DNA of 64,000 nucleotides from Leidyana gryllorum EB-2025a (lineage: Eukaryota > Protista > Apicomplexa), in the NCBI GenBank assembly GCA_048772705.1, contig JBLWGC010000202.1:267904-331903 (forward strand). The letters run 5' to 3'. Under the pieces are notes generated by a model. That model was not told the DNA's origin. It worked only from the letters and a program-made list of their open reading frames with translations, and searched no databases. Of this stretch, positions 60,725-64,000 are shown in pieces. The translations under genes and the position numbers were made by a program. How positions within the stretch are numbered: the first letter of the stretch is position 1; the number at the start of each line of letters is the position of its first letter.

Positions 60725-62474
60725 CCTTACCGAAAGGTCCAAATACTCCAATTCTGTAGCGCTGATTCAACAACGCGCGCCCGAACCACCAATCGTCTGT
60801 GTAAAAATGGGCGATGCGGTCGAACAGTCCGCCGACGGAGTCTGAGCCTCTGCAGCGTCCCCTCCAACATTTTAGCGTACCACTCATTGACGAAGGCCTT
60901 TGGAAAGCTGTAGTAATAAGATTTTGAGGGAAGAGTTGACTCAGCCTGAATATTCTTCTTGCAGCTGTCTTTTTCTCATTGTTCTGGATGGTCGGCAGCC
61001 TGAGCCCTCAGGCACAGACCGCTCTCTACAGCAGAACATCGGATGTATTTCAGGACAGCCTGGAGAGTGGCATCGGTGTAGAGTCCCTAAATAAGTTCCA
61101 ATTGGACCTTAGGCCACGGATAGTGCAGAGGGGCTGCAGCCTGGAGGCCGAAACGGACCCGAACGCCTCTCCGTCGCCAAATGGAGTGCCCAACCAAAAA
61201 CCAGTCCACCAACTTCGCAATCTTCAAAGGGACTCCGGTGACACCGACATATTGAATCGGCACCTCCAAATCAAACGTCGCATCGCTTCCGCTGAGGCAT
61301 CCCGTTGGGTGTGAAGGCATAGCACTCGGACACAATCGGGGGGCCATCGGGCGGGGGTCGCGTTCTCACACAGTCCTTCAAGGAGCGCCCATCCCTCCAG
61401 AGGTCATTCGATACGCTTCAGGTTCTGAAGGGGCAGAGCTTCGAGTACGTTTTCGGTCAAAATTGGAGTGGAGTTGTTGTTGACATAGAGAACCCGTGTA
61501 ACCTCTGACCACTCCACTGGATGGTTGATGCCGGTTGCGCTCAGATAAAGTGTGTTGTCACTCATCGACCCAAAGTACGGGGAGGAGGGTACGCAGCGGG
61601 AGGTTCGGTCAGTGGGAGTGCGCTCCACCGGGAGAGGTGGTGAGAATCCAGCTTCCTTCGTTCGGGCCAACCGAAACCATCCGAGGTTCGAGTAGACGCG
61701 CCGCAGCACAGTGCCATCTTCTTGAGTCTCGTTCACAAGCCGTTGTGAATGTATCTGTGGCACAAACAGCGGATTCCGCAGGAAAGTGCGACACAGAGGA
61801 TGCATACGGCGCTCCCGATCGCTCCATTCTCGTTGTAAAAGGTACTCCCAGAACCTTTGTGACCCTCTGAATGAAATGTAAGTCAGTGCTTCCAGGAAGC
61901 CTCACCTCGCGCACTTTGGCCACGTGTGTGTGACTCCGATACGGAACTCCACTGAATCGCTCGCCCAATCCTGCGCCTCGGGTAACTCTTGCACCAGACA
62001 CGGCGATGTCTACTCCTCCGTTTGCCACGGAGGCGGCGGCGGCGTCAAGTTCGAAGACCCAGCGCCTGAAGTGTGGCTTTGTCACCTACACAATCAGGTC
62101 GTTGCGGCCGTCACCCACAGCCCTATGGAGCTCCACCGCCAAATCGTGACGAATGAAAGGAAGTTGGTCTCTGTTGACGCCTAAACATTCCAACTTCGGA
62201 GCGACCCTTGGGACATTGTGGTCTCTTTCCCGAAACTGCTCAGCAACTTTTAGCCTCCATATCTTGGCATACATACTCGCCAAGAGAAGGTGTTCGAATC
62301 AAACAACACGCAATCAAAAGTTGGTCCACAATCAATGTTGGACTGCCGCGACGCGACAATACAGGTGCCCCGGAGCTGCGCGCGTCCGCGCGGTGCGGTC
62401 GCGCCGGGCGTGGTCTGTAGTGCTCGTTTACGCGAGACCTCTCGCCGTGACGTCTGCCTTCGGATACCATTCAT
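60725..62474 (-). pseudogene. Mirror copy of the 25400..27370 pseudogene with additional errors
   Basis: Reverse-complement match; the 3' end is garbled or deleted. Confidence 0.7.
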
Positions 62475-62786
62475 TCTGTACTCGCAGCCGCGACCACGGA
62501 GACCCTGAAATTTGAAATCAGCTTACACTACCATCTCCGTCCCCAAAAGTCTTTGGACCTTCATTTCGGGCCCCAGGCGGGCTCGATGAAAACCTTCGGA
62601 GTACTGTTCAGTGCTGGCCAGCACAGCGAACCCAATATTGAATCGTCCTTAACTCTGAAAAAGAGTCGTACTGGTTCAAAGCAAAAACATACTTGGACTG
62701 TTAGCAAATAAAGCATGAATATGATAGAATATGGAGAGGCACACGACCAACGGCTGTGGTCACACACGTAAACGTCCAATGATGAA

Positions 62787-63573
62787 TTAAGGATGCCTTC
62801 TCCGCAAGGTGAGCAACTCTGCAAGATCCACCACTGGATGTCGGCTCAAATATCCAAGATTCGCGCCCAGCGTCTCAAGCGTGCGCTCTTTCACATGTTG
62901 GAGTAGCCATGACGAATAGAATGCCAGCGTCGCAGCCGCCTCGTGGATGGAGCCCACACAATTGTACCCGGCCGAACCAACGCGGTCAACCTCTGCCACT
63001 CCGCGATGAACCTGTCAAACTGCTCACGGCGCTGTAATAGTCCGAAAGGTACACACCCACTGACCCGATCGCCTCCAGGAAACAAAGGGAATAACGAGCC
63101 AATGAGCAGGTCCCGTAATCTTCCCAAATAGTCTGGGGTCAAATAGGGCAAATGAGTGAACAGTATCTGCATCGGCTTGTAGCCACTGTCCAGAACGTCA
63201 TTGTGGATAGATATAGCGCCGTCAATGTTCTCCGGCGTTGCGATATCGTCGATAACCAAAGTGCTGATACCGGCATTCATCACCAGACCACTCAGATCAC
63301 GAGTCAATTTGGTCACATACAACACCCTTCGCCAGTGCGACTCACTTGTCCGACGGCAGGTGCCAAGCAGTGGCAGGTAGGACAAACAGGTGGCCTTGTC
63401 CATACCGAGACAGCATGATTCCCCTCGCTCCTGGGTCGCGAGCGAACTCATCAGTTGACGGACCTGTGGAGCTGTTGGGTTGCCAAGCAGGACCAGATGC
63501 CGTAATGATTCACATTGTAGTGACGTTGTCAAGTCGACGGGCGGATTCGCCCATCAATGCAAAGATGCGAAAT
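62787..63573 (-). pseudogene. 3' portion only of the mirror copy of the 23024..25087 F-box gene
   Basis: Matches 24299..25087 and is truncated at the 63573 junction. Confidence 0.75.
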
Positions 63574-64000
63574 ATCTCGAAGCAAAAAGGCGCAAGCCGG
63601 GAGCTGCGAATAAGCGCGAGGAGGTATCTCACGGCCAACTTCACCGTGCCAATGCGGGCGGCCTACTTCCTCTCGCTGCTTACCCTCGCGGGTAAAGCGA
63701 TGGTGCCGAGGCTGTTAGCTCCGGAAGCGGAGGCGACGGAAGCCTCTTCGCGCGGAGCGGTCCACATTCACCATTGGTGAACTGGTGCTCCCAGAGACGG
63801 AAGGAGCCGCCGACCCAACTACAGACCCGTGCCCCACTTCCGGAGGAGTTTTGAAACGGGATGCAAACGACTAGTCCACGGCCCATTTCGCCACTTCTGT
63901 GTGTTCAATTTTTTGTATCACTAGTTTGAGGAGAAACAGTGATGGTTGGGGGAAAACCGAATAACTACAATCAAAATCGTTGAAGTGCGGAAAACCCCGC
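63573..64000. repeat. Continuation of the inverted repeat, mirroring 19608..20049
   Basis: The last bases GTGCGGAAAACCCCGC are the reverse complement of 19608..19623. Confidence 0.93.

Larger units (their letters stand above)
24299..63573. repeat. Giant inverted repeat (arms about 19.6 kb) with 1-nt spacer at 44016
   Basis: Centre: ...CATGCAGATCATAATGCGCTAAGAA-A-TTCTTAGCGCATTATGATCTGCATG... ORFs mirror throughout, e.g. 33998..35236(+) and 52970..54208(-). Confidence 0.98.

Overview
Compact eukaryotic genomic DNA with short GT-AG introns (mostly 32-60 nt) and the standard genetic code. An apicomplexan/gregarine-like origin is inferred from PfMDR1-style insertions in the ABCB transporter; this is not proven. 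1-14.9 kb is a dense housekeeping block: a large unknown multi-exon gene, a CobW/ZNG1 metallochaperone GTPase, a Nup155/Nup170-like nucleoporin, casein kinase II beta (with an anomalous 786-nt TGCA-rich first intron) and RPL38. 14.9-36 kb is an accessory region. It holds an expanded family of F-box proteins sharing an unrecognised C-terminal domain (about 4 intact genes and 3-4 pseudogenes) and a disrupted gene resembling bacterial filamentous-haemagglutinin/CdiA beta-helix proteins. The dominant structure is a giant inverted repeat folding at base 44016 with a 1-nt spacer: 44017-63573 mirrors 44015-24299, then jumps to mirror 20049-19608. It duplicates a full-length ABCB1/MDR P-glycoprotein (intact on the right arm, indel-ridden on the left) and several F-box genes. 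The two arms carry complementary, deletion-biased errors, so a fold-back read or whole-genome-amplification artefact is the leading explanation. A real hairpin end or palindromic amplicon is not excluded. No tRNA, rRNA, CRISPR or recognisable transposase was seen.
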